The notes: generated from the letters alone by a model not told the origin. A stretch of 64,000 bases of DNA from Dehalococcoidia bacterium (GCA_046328225.1 JAXLWZ010000004.1:99240-163239), one strand, 5' to 3'. Positions 18,204 through 28,677 are shown, counted from the first letter of the stretch. Made by a program: numbers and translations.

Positions 18204-19199
18204 TCAACGGCTTGCAGGAACTGCAAGATGGTCCCCTCGCCCCTCGCTTTTGCTCCCCGGAGCGAACCGGACCACCATTCCCGGCGCCGCCGCGACGGCC
18301 AGCCGCGAGCCCGCACGCGGCGCCGGCACGCCCGCATCCAATCGCACACGCACCACCGATTCGCCGATTCGCCCCAGGACCTCGACTCCGCCGGGCAGCG
18401 GCACGGCGCCCTCCACCGCCAGCGTGAACGTCACCCCTCCCGTGCCGACCGAGAGCGCGTCCGGCCACACCGCGACGACGCCGCTCTCGGTCTCCACGAC
18501 GGCAAACCCGATCGCGGCCGCCGTCTCCGCGTCCGGCGGCGAAGCCAGCACCTCCGCGACCGGACCCTGCGCGGCGAGCCTGCCGCCCACCAGCACCACG
18601 AGGTCATCCGCGAGTGCCGCCGCCGGGCGCGCGTCGCGCATCGCCAGCACGACGGTGCCACCCCACGACCGCAACACCCCCGGGAGGGCGACGAGCAGCT
18701 CCGCCTGCGCATCGCCGTCCAGGCCCGCGAACGGCTCGTCGATGAGCGTCACCGGCGCGCGTCGTGCGAGTGCCCGCGCGAGGTGCACCCGCTGCATCTC
18801 GCCCCCCGAAAGCTCCCGCACGTCCCGCTCCATGAGTGTCCCGATGCCGATCGCCGCCGCCAGCGCCTCCGTTCGCGCCCGCGCGGCCTCGCCGGTCCGG
18901 CCGCGAAAGCGCCGGCGGCCCTCCAGCTGGTCGCGCACGGTCCCGCGCCCGCGCTCGGCCGGCTGGAACGCGGTCGCGATCCGCTCCTGCATCGCGCGCA
19001 CCGCCGCTTCGCCCCCGATGCGCACCTGCCCCGCGGACGGCCGTTCGCCGCCGGCGATGAGCCGCAAGAGCGCCGACTTCCCCGCCCCGTTCGCGCCAAC
19101 GACAGCCGTCACCCGCCCGCCCGCGATGGTCAGCTCCGGGACCGAGAGCACCGTAGTCCCGCCGCGCTCGAGGCGGACCCCCTGCAACCGCACGTCCAT
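18204..19199 (-). CDS. ABC transporter ATP-binding protein with C-terminal TOBE-like domain; no permease adjacent
   Basis: Walker A GANGAGKS, ABC signature LSGGEMQRV, Walker B LIDEPFAGLD; C-terminal regulatory beta domain. Confidence 0.8.
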   Translation of the reverse strand: MDVRLQGVRLERGGTTVLSVPELTIAGGRVTAVVGANGAGKSALLRLIAGGERPSAGQVRIGGEAAVRAMQERIATAFQPAERGRGTVRDQLEGRRRFRGRTGEAARARTEALAAAIGIGTLMERDVRELSGGEMQRVHLARALARRAPVTLIDEPFAGLDGDAQAELLVALPGVLRSWGGTVVLAMRDARPAAALADDLVVLVGGRLAAQGPVAEVLASPPDAETAAAIGFAVVETESGVVAVWPDALSVGTGGVTFTLAVEGAVPLPGGVEVLGRIGESVVRVRLDAGVPAPRAGSRLAVAAAPGMVVRFAPGSKSEGRGDHLAVPASR

Positions 19200-19263
19200 C
19201 GGCGAATTATCGCGCCAGCCGCGCCTTCGCGACCGCTCCCCGCCGCGCTATGATGCCGCCGCG

Positions 19264-20070
19264 ATGAGCGGCCTGTTCACCATCACCCACAGCATGGTCC
19301 AGTCCTACGAACGCTGCCGGAAGCAGTACTGGTTCACCTACCTCAGCGGCCTCGAACGGCCCCCCGACGAAGTGGTCACGCCCGCCGGCCTCATCGGCAA
19401 CGGCGTCCACCGCGCGATGAAGACCCTCTGCCTCACCGGCGACCCGGAGGACGGCGCCCGCGAACTCGATGCTTACCTGCGCATGCCCGCCCACGATTGC
19501 GCCGGCCCCGGCACCGATGCCTTCGATCGTGCCATGGCCCTCTACGCGCGCGGCTGCGAAGCCCACGCCTCCATGGCTAGCGAAGACCGCTGGCCCGAGC
19601 TCGATACCTGGGTCCCCGTCCCGAGCCGCGCCGTCACCCTCCGCGCCCGCATCGATCGCGCTGACCGCTTCGCCGGCGGCCACTGGCAGGTCATCGATTG
19701 GAAGACCGGCCACGACCTCGACGAGGTCACCGATGCCCAGCTCGATCTTGGGCACGTCGCCGTTCGCACATCCTTCCACCTTCCCGGCGATGCGATCGTG
19801 CGCGCGGTGGGATGGAATCTGCGTTCCGGACAGGTGCGCGAGCGCGTGCTTCGCAGCACCGATGCTGCCGCCACCGTGAAGCGCTACATCGGTATCGCCT
19901 ACCGCATCCAGGCCACGCAGGACTTCCCCGCGACACCGAACCGCGCCTGCGGCTTCTGCGCCTGGCGCCCCATGTGTCCCGATTCCGAACCCCCGGCCGT
20001 GAGCGAATGGGACTGGAGCGACGACGACCTCCCCGGCGACGATGCCCCCACCGGCGACCCGTCCGCGTAG
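19264..20070 (+). CDS. PD-(D/E)XK nuclease, Cas4/RecB-like with Fe-S cysteine cluster, standalone
   Basis: N-terminal Cys (ERC), motifs RIDRAD...VIDWKTG (D...D/ExK), QxxxY-like KRYIGIAYR, C-terminal CGFCAWRPMC. Confidence 0.65.
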   Translation: MSGLFTITHSMVQSYERCRKQYWFTYLSGLERPPDEVVTPAGLIGNGVHRAMKTLCLTGDPEDGARELDAYLRMPAHDCAGPGTDAFDRAMALYARGCEAHASMASEDRWPELDTWVPVPSRAVTLRARIDRADRFAGGHWQVIDWKTGHDLDEVTDAQLDLGHVAVRTSFHLPGDAIVRAVGWNLRSGQVRERVLRSTDAAATVKRYIGIAYRIQATQDFPATPNRACGFCAWRPMCPDSEPPAVSEWDWSDDDLPGDDAPTGDPSA

Positions 20071-20102
20071 AATCGCGCGCACCACACCAGAGAGCGCACG
20101 CC

Positions 20103-21020
20103 ATGCCCGACTCCACCCCCGTCCCCTCCGCCGAGGAGGTGAACGCCTACTTCGAACGCTGCACCAACTGGGGCCGCTGGGGCGAAGGCGACAACGCCGG
20201 CACCATCAACCTCATCACCCCGGAGAAGCGCCGCGCCGCCGCCGCACTCGTACGCAATGGCCGCGCCGTCTCGCTCGCGCACCAGTGGAACACCATCGGC
20301 GGACCCGGAAACGCCAATCCCGCGCAACACTTCGTGCGCTCCACGAACGACTTCTCGGTCGACTACCTGGGCATCATGTACCACGGCTACGCGACCACCC
20401 ATATCGATGCCCTCTGCCACATCTTCTGGGAAGGCAAGGGCTGGAACGGCCGCCCCGCGAGCGAAGTCACCTCGCTGGGCGCGCGCTTCGGTTCGGTCGA
20501 CGCGTGGAGCCAGGGCATCACCACCCGCGGCGTCCTCATCGATATCCCCCGCTTCCGCGGGGTCCCCTTCGTCGATGACGCGAACCCGGTGCGTGGCTGG
20601 GAGATCGATGCCGCCGCCGCGAAGCAGGGCGTGGCCATCGAGCCCGGTGACGCTCTCATCGTTCACAGCGGCCGCCAGGCTTTCTACGAAGCGAACCCCG
20701 CCAGCGAGCCCGGCACCTCGCCGTCCCCGGGGCTCCACGTCGATGTCGCGCCCGTGCTGAAGGCGCACGACGTCGCCCTCCTCGGCTGGGACATGATGGA
20801 CGCGCGCCCCTCCGGGTATCCGGTGTTCGATGCCCGTGGCCTCTCCGTGCACGTCCTCGCGATTGTCTACATGGGGCTCCCGCTGCTCGATAACGCCCGC
20901 CTTGAGCCGCTCGCCGCCGCCTGCGCCGAGGAGGGGCGCTACGACTTCCTGCTCACCGTGAACCCGCTCAACGTCCGCGGCGCCACCGGCTCTCCGGTGA
21001 ACCCCATCGCGATCTTCTGA
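20103..21020 (+). CDS. Cyclase-family protein (kynurenine formamidase-like metal hydrolase)
   Basis: HIDALCHIFWEG ... His/Asp-rich metal motifs typical of the putative cyclase family. Confidence 0.65.
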   Translation: MPDSTPVPSAEEVNAYFERCTNWGRWGEGDNAGTINLITPEKRRAAAALVRNGRAVSLAHQWNTIGGPGNANPAQHFVRSTNDFSVDYLGIMYHGYATTHIDALCHIFWEGKGWNGRPASEVTSLGARFGSVDAWSQGITTRGVLIDIPRFRGVPFVDDANPVRGWEIDAAAAKQGVAIEPGDALIVHSGRQAFYEANPASEPGTSPSPGLHVDVAPVLKAHDVALLGWDMMDARPSGYPVFDARGLSVHVLAIVYMGLPLLDNARLEPLAAACAEEGRYDFLLTVNPLNVRGATGSPVNPIAIF

Positions 21021-21075
21021 GACCGCCATGCGCGTTCGCCGGGGCAACCCGCGAACGCGCTACACTTTGCGCGCC

Positions 21076-21900
21076 ATGGGCGAGCCCCCACCCCTGCCGG
21101 AGGCGCTCCTTGCTCGCCTCCACGAAAACTTCGCCGAGGCCTACCGGGTCATCGGCCGCAACGTCCCCGGCGGCGCCGTGTGGGAATCCGAAGGCGCCAC
21201 CGCCGTCGCCACGGGGGTTGGCCGCGCCGAATTCAACCGCCTCTTCGTCCTGCGCCCGCCCGCCGACGCCGATGTCCTGCTCGACCACGCCTCCCAGTTC
21301 TTCGCGGCCGCGGGCGTGCCCTGGTGCATCATCGTCCCGCCCGATATCGCCCCGTTGTTCGCGAACGCTTCCGCCATCGAACCCGGCTCGCACATCGTGG
21401 GCATGGCGATGGCCGATCTCCGCGCGCTGCCGCCCCGCCCGGGCACGACCCTCACCGTGCGCGCCGTCGAAACGGTGGAGGACGCCGCCACCTTCGTCGC
21501 GACCATGGCCGCCGGCTTCAACACGCCGCGCGAGCTGTTCGACCTGTTTGGCCATCACTCGCTGCTGGGGCGGCCGGGTCTCACGCACTACCTCGGCTTC
21601 GTGGGCCCGAAGCCTGTGGCCACGGCCACCCTCGTCGCCAGCCACGGCATCGCCGGGATATTCAACGTGAGCACGCTGGCGTCGCATCGCCGCCGGGGCT
21701 ACGGCGAAACCATGACGTGGCACGCCCTCCGCGACGGGCTCGCGGAGGGATGCTCGGCCGCGGGCCTCCAGGCGACGCCCCTCGGCTACCCCATCTACCG
21801 CCGCATGGGCTTCCGAGGCTCCGTGGACTACCGCAGCTGGTACCCGCTGGAGTCGCTCATCGAGGAGGGCATCGTGCCGCCGTCGATCGTCGCGACATAA
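21076..21900 (+). CDS. GNAT-family N-acetyltransferase
   Basis: C-terminal IFNVSTLASHRRRGYGETMTWHAL acetyl-CoA binding motif (R/Q-x-x-G-x-G/A). Confidence 0.65.
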   Translation: MGEPPPLPEALLARLHENFAEAYRVIGRNVPGGAVWESEGATAVATGVGRAEFNRLFVLRPPADADVLLDHASQFFAAAGVPWCIIVPPDIAPLFANASAIEPGSHIVGMAMADLRALPPRPGTTLTVRAVETVEDAATFVATMAAGFNTPRELFDLFGHHSLLGRPGLTHYLGFVGPKPVATATLVASHGIAGIFNVSTLASHRRRGYGETMTWHALRDGLAEGCSAAGLQATPLGYPIYRRMGFRGSVDYRSWYPLESLIEEGIVPPSIVAT

Positions 21901-22305
21901 GAGCCAGTCTCGCCCGGGCATACTCGCCTATTACGCCCGGAATCCCGCCGGGACGTAACGGAACCGCATCATCAATCCTGTGTGAACGCGGGCGCCGTGG
22001 CGTCATAACAGCCTGTTGCAGCACGCCTGTCGCCGCTACAGTCGGCGCGTTGGAGGCGGGGTGAAACGGTTAGCCGGTGGTGGCACGGCGATTCGCCGCG
22101 GCCCACCACGGACGCCGCGATGCCCGCGGCGACTCGCGGAAGCACCGCGGGGGCGAAGGCGCCAACCGGCGCCCGGCCGCCCCGTTACGCGACCGCGCGG
22201 CGGCGATCCCGGCAGTGACGCGTGGCCCCCGCCCGCGCGCGCCGGCATCGCGCCGGGGCAAGCCTCCACCACGCGCGGCCGGTAGCCCTCGCTGCCGGCC
22301 GCGCC

Positions 22306-22794
22306 CTATTCCTTCCGGCCCTCGTCCAGGATCTTTTCGACTTCCGCCAGGATATCCAGCGGCGCCGCCTTCGCCTCCGGCGCGACGCCTTCGGAGCGCT
22401 CGCCTGCCTCGGCCGAAGTTGGCGGCGTTGGCGGCGGGGGCATCGGCGTGGGGTCGCGGTCCTCAATCTCATCCGCCGCCGGCGATGGGCGCTGCTGCTC
22501 CTGGGCGGCCGGCCGCGGGAACGGCACGGGCTCGATGCGCGCTGCCTCGCACCAACGGCAGGCATCTCGCGACCCCACCAGCGACAGGCAGAAGTGCGCC
22601 CACGCCCGCCCGCAGTTGCGCCCCGCGCGCTGCCGCGCCGACGCCACGTTCGTCCGGCGCGGCTTCACCGTCTTCGCCTTTTTCGCCGGCTCCACGCCCC
22701 CCGCGATGCCTCCCGGCCGCCGCGCGTTGTACGCGTTTAACAGGTACACCCCGAGCGGCGCCAGGAACACCAGCAGGAAAAAGATGATGCTCAC
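22306..22794 (-). CDS. Hypothetical membrane-anchored Cys-rich protein
   Basis: N-terminal TM helix IIFFLLVFLAPLGVYLL, Cys cluster CGRAWAHFC...CRWC, Pro-rich acidic tail. Confidence 0.35.
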   Translation of the reverse strand: MSIIFFLLVFLAPLGVYLLNAYNARRPGGIAGGVEPAKKAKTVKPRRTNVASARQRAGRNCGRAWAHFCLSLVGSRDACRWCEAARIEPVPFPRPAAQEQQRPSPAADEIEDRDPTPMPPPPTPPTSAEAGERSEGVAPEAKAAPLDILAEVEKILDEGRKE

Positions 22795-22886
22795 ACCGTC
22801 ATCCTACGCCCGGCGCCAATCATTGGCTTGCATCGCGCATCGCTGATCCGTCATGCTCTTGCCCGGCGGGAGCAGGTCAGTGCGCG

Positions 22887-23846
22887 ATGGAAGAGTCGGC
22901 GCGGCATCTCCCTGTCCTTCTCGTTCTCCTCGTCGCCGTCTTCGCCTCCGCCCTCGGCGCGGCCAACCTGCGCATGGGCGACGGCTTCGATGTCACCTTC
23001 GTTCCTTCCTCGGCCGGCTCGAAGCAGGCCGTGGTCACCGTGGGCGGGCCCGGCGAAGCCCCGTCGCTGCCTACCGCCGTGCGCCCCGCGCCCGTGCCCG
23101 ATGACTCCCTCGAACGCGCCATCCGCGACGCCCTCGGGGACGACGCCGCGAGCTACGCCATCGTTGTCCGCCGCCTCCGCGACGGCCGCACGTTCGAGCT
23201 CAGCCCCAACCGCGAGTTCTACGCCGCCAGCACCTTCAAACTCGCCGTGCTTTACGAAGCCGAACGCCGCATCAGCCTGGGCGAGCTCCGCCTCGACGAC
23301 CGCGTCACCATCTCCGGCGAGGACGCCGGCGAGGACCTGGGCACGATCGGCCTCCTCGACCTCGCCCCCGATGGCTCGCTCTCGGTCGGCGAAGCGCTCC
23401 GCGCCATGGTCACCCGCTCCGACAACGCCACGGCGGTCGCCCTCCTCCACATGCTGGGCGCGCCCGCGATTGACGCCACCCTTCGCCGCCTGGGTGCCAC
23501 GGGCATCTCCGTCAACACCCGCGACCTTCCGATCACCGCCGCCGGGATGGCCCGCCTCATGGAGGCGCTCGTCCGTGGCGAAGGGCTCACCCCCGATGCT
23601 CGCCGCCACGCCCGCGAGCTCCTCCTCGCCCAGGAATGGCGCGATGGCATCCCCGCCGGCCTGCCCGCCGGCACCGCGGTCGGCAACAAGACCGGCACCT
23701 GGGAAGGCATCACGCACGACATCGGCTTCGTCGAAGCACCGGGCGGCACCTACGTCATCGCCGTCCTCTCCGAACACGGCTGGGTCTGGGACCCCATCGC
23801 CCGTGTGAGCGCCGCCGCCTGGAACGACCTCATTCGCGAACCCTGA
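22887..23846 (+). CDS. Class A beta-lactamase-family serine hydrolase (secreted)
   Basis: Signal peptide; active-site motifs STFK (SxxK), SDN, KTG present. Confidence 0.75.
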   Translation: MEESARHLPVLLVLLVAVFASALGAANLRMGDGFDVTFVPSSAGSKQAVVTVGGPGEAPSLPTAVRPAPVPDDSLERAIRDALGDDAASYAIVVRRLRDGRTFELSPNREFYAASTFKLAVLYEAERRISLGELRLDDRVTISGEDAGEDLGTIGLLDLAPDGSLSVGEALRAMVTRSDNATAVALLHMLGAPAIDATLRRLGATGISVNTRDLPITAAGMARLMEALVRGEGLTPDARRHARELLLAQEWRDGIPAGLPAGTAVGNKTGTWEGITHDIGFVEAPGGTYVIAVLSEHGWVWDPIARVSAAAWNDLIREP

Positions 23847-23949
23847 ACCGCCGCCGGCGCGCCGGGGACGGTGCATAACAGTTCGGAAAGCTTCACCTTC
23901 TGTCACGCCGCTCGCGGATCCGCCCGTCGCACGTCAGACTGGATGGGCC

Positions 23950-24774
23950 ATGATCCGTGTCACCCTCATCTCGCACTCCCCCGAGCCCATGCGCTCGCTC
24001 TACATGGCCTACCGCACCTGCTACAGCGCGCTCACGCCCCAGCAGGTGTTCGCCCGCATCGACGACGAACGCATCACCGCCGAGCAGATGCGCGCGTTTA
24101 TCGAGGAGCGCCTCAAGACCGGCCACGCCAGCCCCCTGGAGCAGGTCTACTTCGAATTCGGCATCTCCGGCGTCTCGCGCGCGTTCAGCCACCAGTTCGT
24201 GCGCCACCGCGTCGGTATCTCCTTCGAACAGCAGAGCCAGCGCTACGTCACCTACAAGGGTGGCGAATTCCCCTACACCATCCCCGACACCGTCAAAAAG
24301 GCCGGGATGGACGACAAGATGGAGGAGCTCTTCGGCCGCGTGGGCGAACTGTACGAGGAGCTCGTCGCCGCCGGCGTCCCCGCCGAGGACGCGCGCTTCC
24401 TCCTTCCCAACGCCACGAACACGAACTTCAAGATCACCGTCAACTTCCAGAGCCTCCTGCACATTTGCGACCTCCGGCTCTGCACGCGCGCCCAGTGGGA
24501 GTTCCGCAAGGTCGCCGCGCTCATGCGCGCCGAGGTGATGAAGGTCGTGCCCGAGCTCGGCCGCTACCTCCAGCCCAAGTGCGGCGAGTTCCGCCTCGGG
24601 TACTGCGACGAATCCGAAAAGGACTGGGCCGCCTGCCCCATCGGACGCGTCCGGCCCCACAAGGATGCCCTTTTCCGCCTCTACGACGCCCATCGCAAGG
24701 GCGAGCTCGCCCCCCTGCGCGACGAGGATTGGGCCGCCATCGAAGCCGAAGACCCCGAGCCCCGGCTCCTGTAA
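23950..24774 (+). CDS. thyX: FAD-dependent thymidylate synthase ThyX
   Basis: ThyX signature RHRVGISFEQQSQRY (RHRx7-8S). Confidence 0.9.
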   Translation: MIRVTLISHSPEPMRSLYMAYRTCYSALTPQQVFARIDDERITAEQMRAFIEERLKTGHASPLEQVYFEFGISGVSRAFSHQFVRHRVGISFEQQSQRYVTYKGGEFPYTIPDTVKKAGMDDKMEELFGRVGELYEELVAAGVPAEDARFLLPNATNTNFKITVNFQSLLHICDLRLCTRAQWEFRKVAALMRAEVMKVVPELGRYLQPKCGEFRLGYCDESEKDWAACPIGRVRPHKDALFRLYDAHRKGELAPLRDEDWAAIEAEDPEPRLL

Positions 24775-24788
24775 TCGGCCGCCGCACG

Positions 24789-24995
24789 ATGCGCCCTCCC
24801 GTCATCCCGCTCGGCCGCAAGCTGCCCTGGGTGGCCGCCGCGCTCGGCGTCCTCGCCGTCGCCTACGGCCTTCTGCGCGATGATCCCGCGTTCGTCCTGC
24901 TCGGCGCCGTGGTCGCGGTGGCGGTGCTGATCGCGTTTCCCCTCGCCTCGCGCATCGCCGGCAGCGATACCGAACCACCGTCCCGGCCCGAATAG
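24789..24995 (+). CDS. Small membrane protein (68 aa)
   Basis: Two hydrophobic helices (LPWVAAALGVLAVAYGLL / FVLLGAVVAVAVLIAFPL), ATG with short spacing after thyX. Confidence 0.35.
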   Translation: MRPPVIPLGRKLPWVAAALGVLAVAYGLLRDDPAFVLLGAVVAVAVLIAFPLASRIAGSDTEPPSRPE

Positions 24996-25049
24996 CGACC
25001 CCTTGGTATCATTCGCCGGGGCGGCCCCATCGGCCGCGCGCGGGTTGGA

Positions 25050-25934
25050 ATGCAGTACCGCAGCTGGATCGCCGCTTCGTTCGTCATCGGCCACCTGCCC
25101 GCTCGCGCCGCGTACGCCCTGGCCGCCGTCATCGGTGTCATTGGTTACTACGGCTGGCCGCGCGGCCGCCACGCGATGCACCGCAACTTCCGCCAGGTCT
25201 TCCCGCAGGCCGCTCCCGCCGAGATCCGCCGCGTCGCCCGCGCCTCGCTCGTGAACTACTGCCGCTACCTGGCCGACTTCATCCAATTCCACCGCTTCTC
25301 CCCCGCCGGCCTGGTCGCCGCCTGCCGCGGCGAACCCGCCTTCGCCGGTCTCGACGCCGTCCTCCAGCGCGGCAAGGGCGCCATCATCGTCTGCATGCAT
25401 TTCGGCAACTGGGACCTCGGCGCCGGGGCCGCCGCCGCTCGCGGCTATCCCCTCACGGTCATCGCCGAAACCTTCACCGATCCCCGGCTCGATGCGATGG
25501 TGGTCGGCGCCCGCCGCCGCCTGGGGATGCAGGTGGTGCCCATGGAGCGCGCGGCCCCGAGCCTCTTCCGCGCGCTCAAGGCGAACGGCCTCCTCGCCAT
25601 CCTCATCGACCGTCCAGTGCGCGGCGACGGCGTCACCGTCGAGTTCTTCGGCCGCCCGATCGATGTGCCCGCCGGCGCCGCGCGCATCGCCCTGCGCACC
25701 GGCGCCGCCGTCGTGCCCGTCGCCTTCGCCCGTGAGCACCCGTCCCGCCGCGAAGTCACCGTCCTCACCGATTTCTCCGTCATCCCCGAACGCACCGGCG
25801 ACGACCGCGAGGACATCCGCCGCCTGACACAGGCGATCATGCACGCCCACGAACGCTTCATCCGCGCCCACCCGGAGCAGTGGTACAAGTTCCAGGAGAT
25901 GTGGCCGCGGACCCCGGCCCGCGCCTCCGCATGA
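25050..25934 (+). CDS. Lysophospholipid/lipid A-type acyltransferase (LpxL/HtrB family; PIM acyltransferase-like)
   Basis: HtrB-family layout; ATGA-coupled to the next paralog. Confidence 0.7.
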   Translation: MQYRSWIAASFVIGHLPARAAYALAAVIGVIGYYGWPRGRHAMHRNFRQVFPQAAPAEIRRVARASLVNYCRYLADFIQFHRFSPAGLVAACRGEPAFAGLDAVLQRGKGAIIVCMHFGNWDLGAGAAAARGYPLTVIAETFTDPRLDAMVVGARRRLGMQVVPMERAAPSLFRALKANGLLAILIDRPVRGDGVTVEFFGRPIDVPAGAARIALRTGAAVVPVAFAREHPSRREVTVLTDFSVIPERTGDDREDIRRLTQAIMHAHERFIRAHPEQWYKFQEMWPRTPARASA

Positions 25935-26803
25935 GCCGCAGGAACCTCCTTCGCATCTGCATCCCCCTCCTGGGGCGCTTCCCTGCGCTCTCCTACCCCT
26001 TCGGCTGGTTCGCCGGTTGGGTGGCCTGGAATATTCGCCCCGCGATGCGCCGCCGCCTCACCCGCACGATGCTCCCCCTCTGCGGCGGAAACCGCCGCCT
26101 TGCGCGCCACGCCGGCCTCGCCGCCTGCCGCAACGTGGCCTGGTACTGGATCGACCTCTGCACCCTGCGCTACCGCGACCTCTCGCGCGTCGAGCACGAC
26201 CATCTCCGCCTGGTGAACCCGCAGCGCCTGGCCGTGCTCGCCGAACCCGGTCCCGTCATCGTCGTCAGCGCCCACACGGGCAACGCCGAACTCGCCATCC
26301 AGGCCCTCACCTACCGCGGCCGGCCGTTCGTCGCGCTCGTCGAGCCGCTGCAGCCACGCGATTTCGCCCTCGACCTCCTGCGCCTCCGCTCCGTCGCCGG
26401 CGGCCAGTTCCACGAAGCCAGCTTCGGCGGCCTGCGCGCCTGCATCGAAGCCCTCGAAGACGGCGGCCTCGTCGGTGTCATGGGCGACCGCGACATCCAG
26501 GGCAGCGGCGTCTGCGTCGAGTTCTGCGGCCGCACCGTCAAACTCCCGCGCGGTCCGTGGGACCTTGCCCGCCGCACCCGCTCCGTCGTCCTGCCCGTCC
26601 TCAGCTCGCGCATCCGCCGCGACGACTTCGCCGTCTGGGTCGAAGAGCCCATCCGCGTCGCCCAGACCGCCGACCCCGAGCACGACATCCGCGAAGCCAT
26701 CGAACGCTGGTGCCTCATCCTCGAAAAGCACCTCCGCCGCGACCCCGCCCAGTGGACCGTGCTCGAGGACTTCTGGGAGGTACACCGCTGTGGGGAAGGC
26801 TGA
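25931..26803 (+). CDS. Second LpxL/HtrB-family acyltransferase paralog
   Basis: Same family architecture (HTGNAELA ... GDRD); translationally coupled. Confidence 0.7.
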   Translation: MSRRNLLRICIPLLGRFPALSYPFGWFAGWVAWNIRPAMRRRLTRTMLPLCGGNRRLARHAGLAACRNVAWYWIDLCTLRYRDLSRVEHDHLRLVNPQRLAVLAEPGPVIVVSAHTGNAELAIQALTYRGRPFVALVEPLQPRDFALDLLRLRSVAGGQFHEASFGGLRACIEALEDGGLVGVMGDRDIQGSGVCVEFCGRTVKLPRGPWDLARRTRSVVLPVLSSRIRRDDFAVWVEEPIRVAQTADPEHDIREAIERWCLILEKHLRRDPAQWTVLEDFWEVHRCGEG

Positions 26804-27527
26804 CCTCCACCTCCATACCTCCATCTCCGACGGCATGTACTCCGTCGCCCGCCTCCTGGAGCACGTCGAAGCCAACCTCGACCTCGACGTCATCGCCGTC
26901 ACCGACCACGAGGACGCGACCGGCGGCCACCGCGCCCGCGAACTGGCGGCGAAGCGCGGCTATGGCGTCGAGGTCATCGTCGGCGCCGAAGTGACGACCC
27001 TCCAGGGGCACCTCCTCGCGCTCGACATCGAAACCGCGCCGAAGAGCTTTCGCGGCATCGAAGCCACGCTCGAGGCGATCCACGCCCAGGGCGGCCTCGC
27101 CGTCATCCCCCACCCCTTCAGCTGGCTCACGCGCTCCCTCAGCGAACGTACCGTCTCCCGCCTCATGCACCGCAACGAGGGCGGCATCACCTTCGACGCC
27201 ATCGAGGTCGCGAACCCGAGCCCCGCCGGGCGTGTCACGGCCGCCCGCGCGCTGCGCCACAACCGCGCGTGGCGCCTCCCCGTCACCGGCTCCTCCGATG
27301 CCCACCACCTGCCGCACGTGGGTACCGGGTGGACCGAATTCGAAGGCACAACCGCCGCGGACTTGCGCCGCGCCCTTACCAGCGGCGCGACCGTAGCGAT
27401 GGCCTCGCGGTATCCTGCGCTCCGGGAAGTCGGCATCGGGCAGACGCTGCTCGGGCTGGCGTGGGGCTATTCGGCAACGCCGCGCAAGATGCTGCGCCGC
27501 ACATCGATGGAGAAGCCGCAGGCATGA
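26790..27527 (+). CDS. PHP-domain metal-dependent phosphoesterase
   Basis: DLHLHTSISDG N-terminal PHP motif, later HD/His motifs (IPHPF, SSDAHH); GTG start overlapping the previous gene by 14 nt. Confidence 0.7.
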   Translation: MGKADLHLHTSISDGMYSVARLLEHVEANLDLDVIAVTDHEDATGGHRARELAAKRGYGVEVIVGAEVTTLQGHLLALDIETAPKSFRGIEATLEAIHAQGGLAVIPHPFSWLTRSLSERTVSRLMHRNEGGITFDAIEVANPSPAGRVTAARALRHNRAWRLPVTGSSDAHHLPHVGTGWTEFEGTTAADLRRALTSGATVAMASRYPALREVGIGQTLLGLAWGYSATPRKMLRRTSMEKPQA

Positions 27528-28675
27528 GGATCGCCCTGGTCTCCCCCTACGACTGGTCCGTCCACGGCGGCGTCACCAATCACATCAAGCACCTCGCCGA
27601 GCGCTTCCGTGCCTGGGGCCACGACGTCGTCATCTTCGCCCCCGCCTCCGACCCGGCGACCGCATCCCAGGAGTGCTACGTCCTGGGCAAGCCGCGCAGC
27701 CTCCGGGTCAGCGGTTCGGTCGCGCGCATCACCTTCTCTTGGAAGTCCCCCGAGGTGAAGGCCGTCCTCGCCGAGGGCCAGTTCGATGTCGTGCACCTGC
27801 ATGAGCCCCTCATGCCCCTGCTCCCCTACCACTTCCTGCGCTACAGCAACGCCGTCAACGTGGGCACCTTCCACGCCTTCAAGGAGGGCGGCAACCGCTT
27901 CTACGAATACACCACCGCCCTCACGCGGCGCTGGTTCCGCAAGCTCGAAGGCAAGATCGCCGTCTCCCCGGCCGCCGCAGGCCTCATCACCCGCTACTTC
28001 GCCGGCTACTTCAACATCATCCCCAACGGCATCGACTACGCCCATTTCGCCGGGCCTTCCGAACCGCTCCCGGAGTTCATGGACGGCCGCTTCAACATCC
28101 TCTTCGTGGGCCGGCCGGAAAAGCGGAAGGGGCTCAAGTTCCTCCTGCGCGCCTACCTGTTGATTCGCCGCGTCGAGCCGAACTGCCGCCTGATCGTCGT
28201 CGGCGCCGGCGATTTCTCGCGCTACGAGAACCTCTTCCGCACCTTCGACGACGTCGTCTTCCGTACGAACGTCCCCTTCGCCGAGATCCCGCGGTACCAC
28301 CACAGCGCGCACGCCTTCTGTTCGCCCGCCACCGGCAACGAAAGCCAGGGCATCGCCCTGCTCGAAGCGATGGCGGCCGGCGTGGCCGTGGTCGCGAGCA
28401 ACATCGAAGGCTTCGCCACCATGATCACCCACGAGGAGGAGGGCGTCCTCGTGAAGCCGCGCGACCCCGAGGCCATCGCCGCCGCTATCCTCCGCTACAT
28501 TCGCGAACCCGCCTTCCGCCAGGCCATCGCCGCGCGCGGGCAGGCCCAGGCCGAGCACTACAGCTGGGACCACATCGCCCATCGCGTGCTCAGCTACTAC
28601 GAACGGCTGTTGTACGAACGCCGCCAGGTCGAAGAGGTTCGCGCCCGCCGCCACCATTCGGCCGTTCGCGCCTGA
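27523..28675 (+). CDS. GT4-family glycosyltransferase (phosphatidylinositol mannosyltransferase PimA-like)
   Basis: GT-B GT4 fold with the EX7E region (ESQGIALLEAMAAGVAVVAS); ATGA overlap with the PHP gene. Confidence 0.8.
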
Positions 28676-28677
28676 CG

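Noticed and set aside
26475-26789. Upstream extension of the PHP-domain ORF (track start 26475)
   Set aside because: It would fully overlap the second acyltransferase in another frame. The conserved PHP N-terminus DLHLHTSISDG begins right after GTG 26790.
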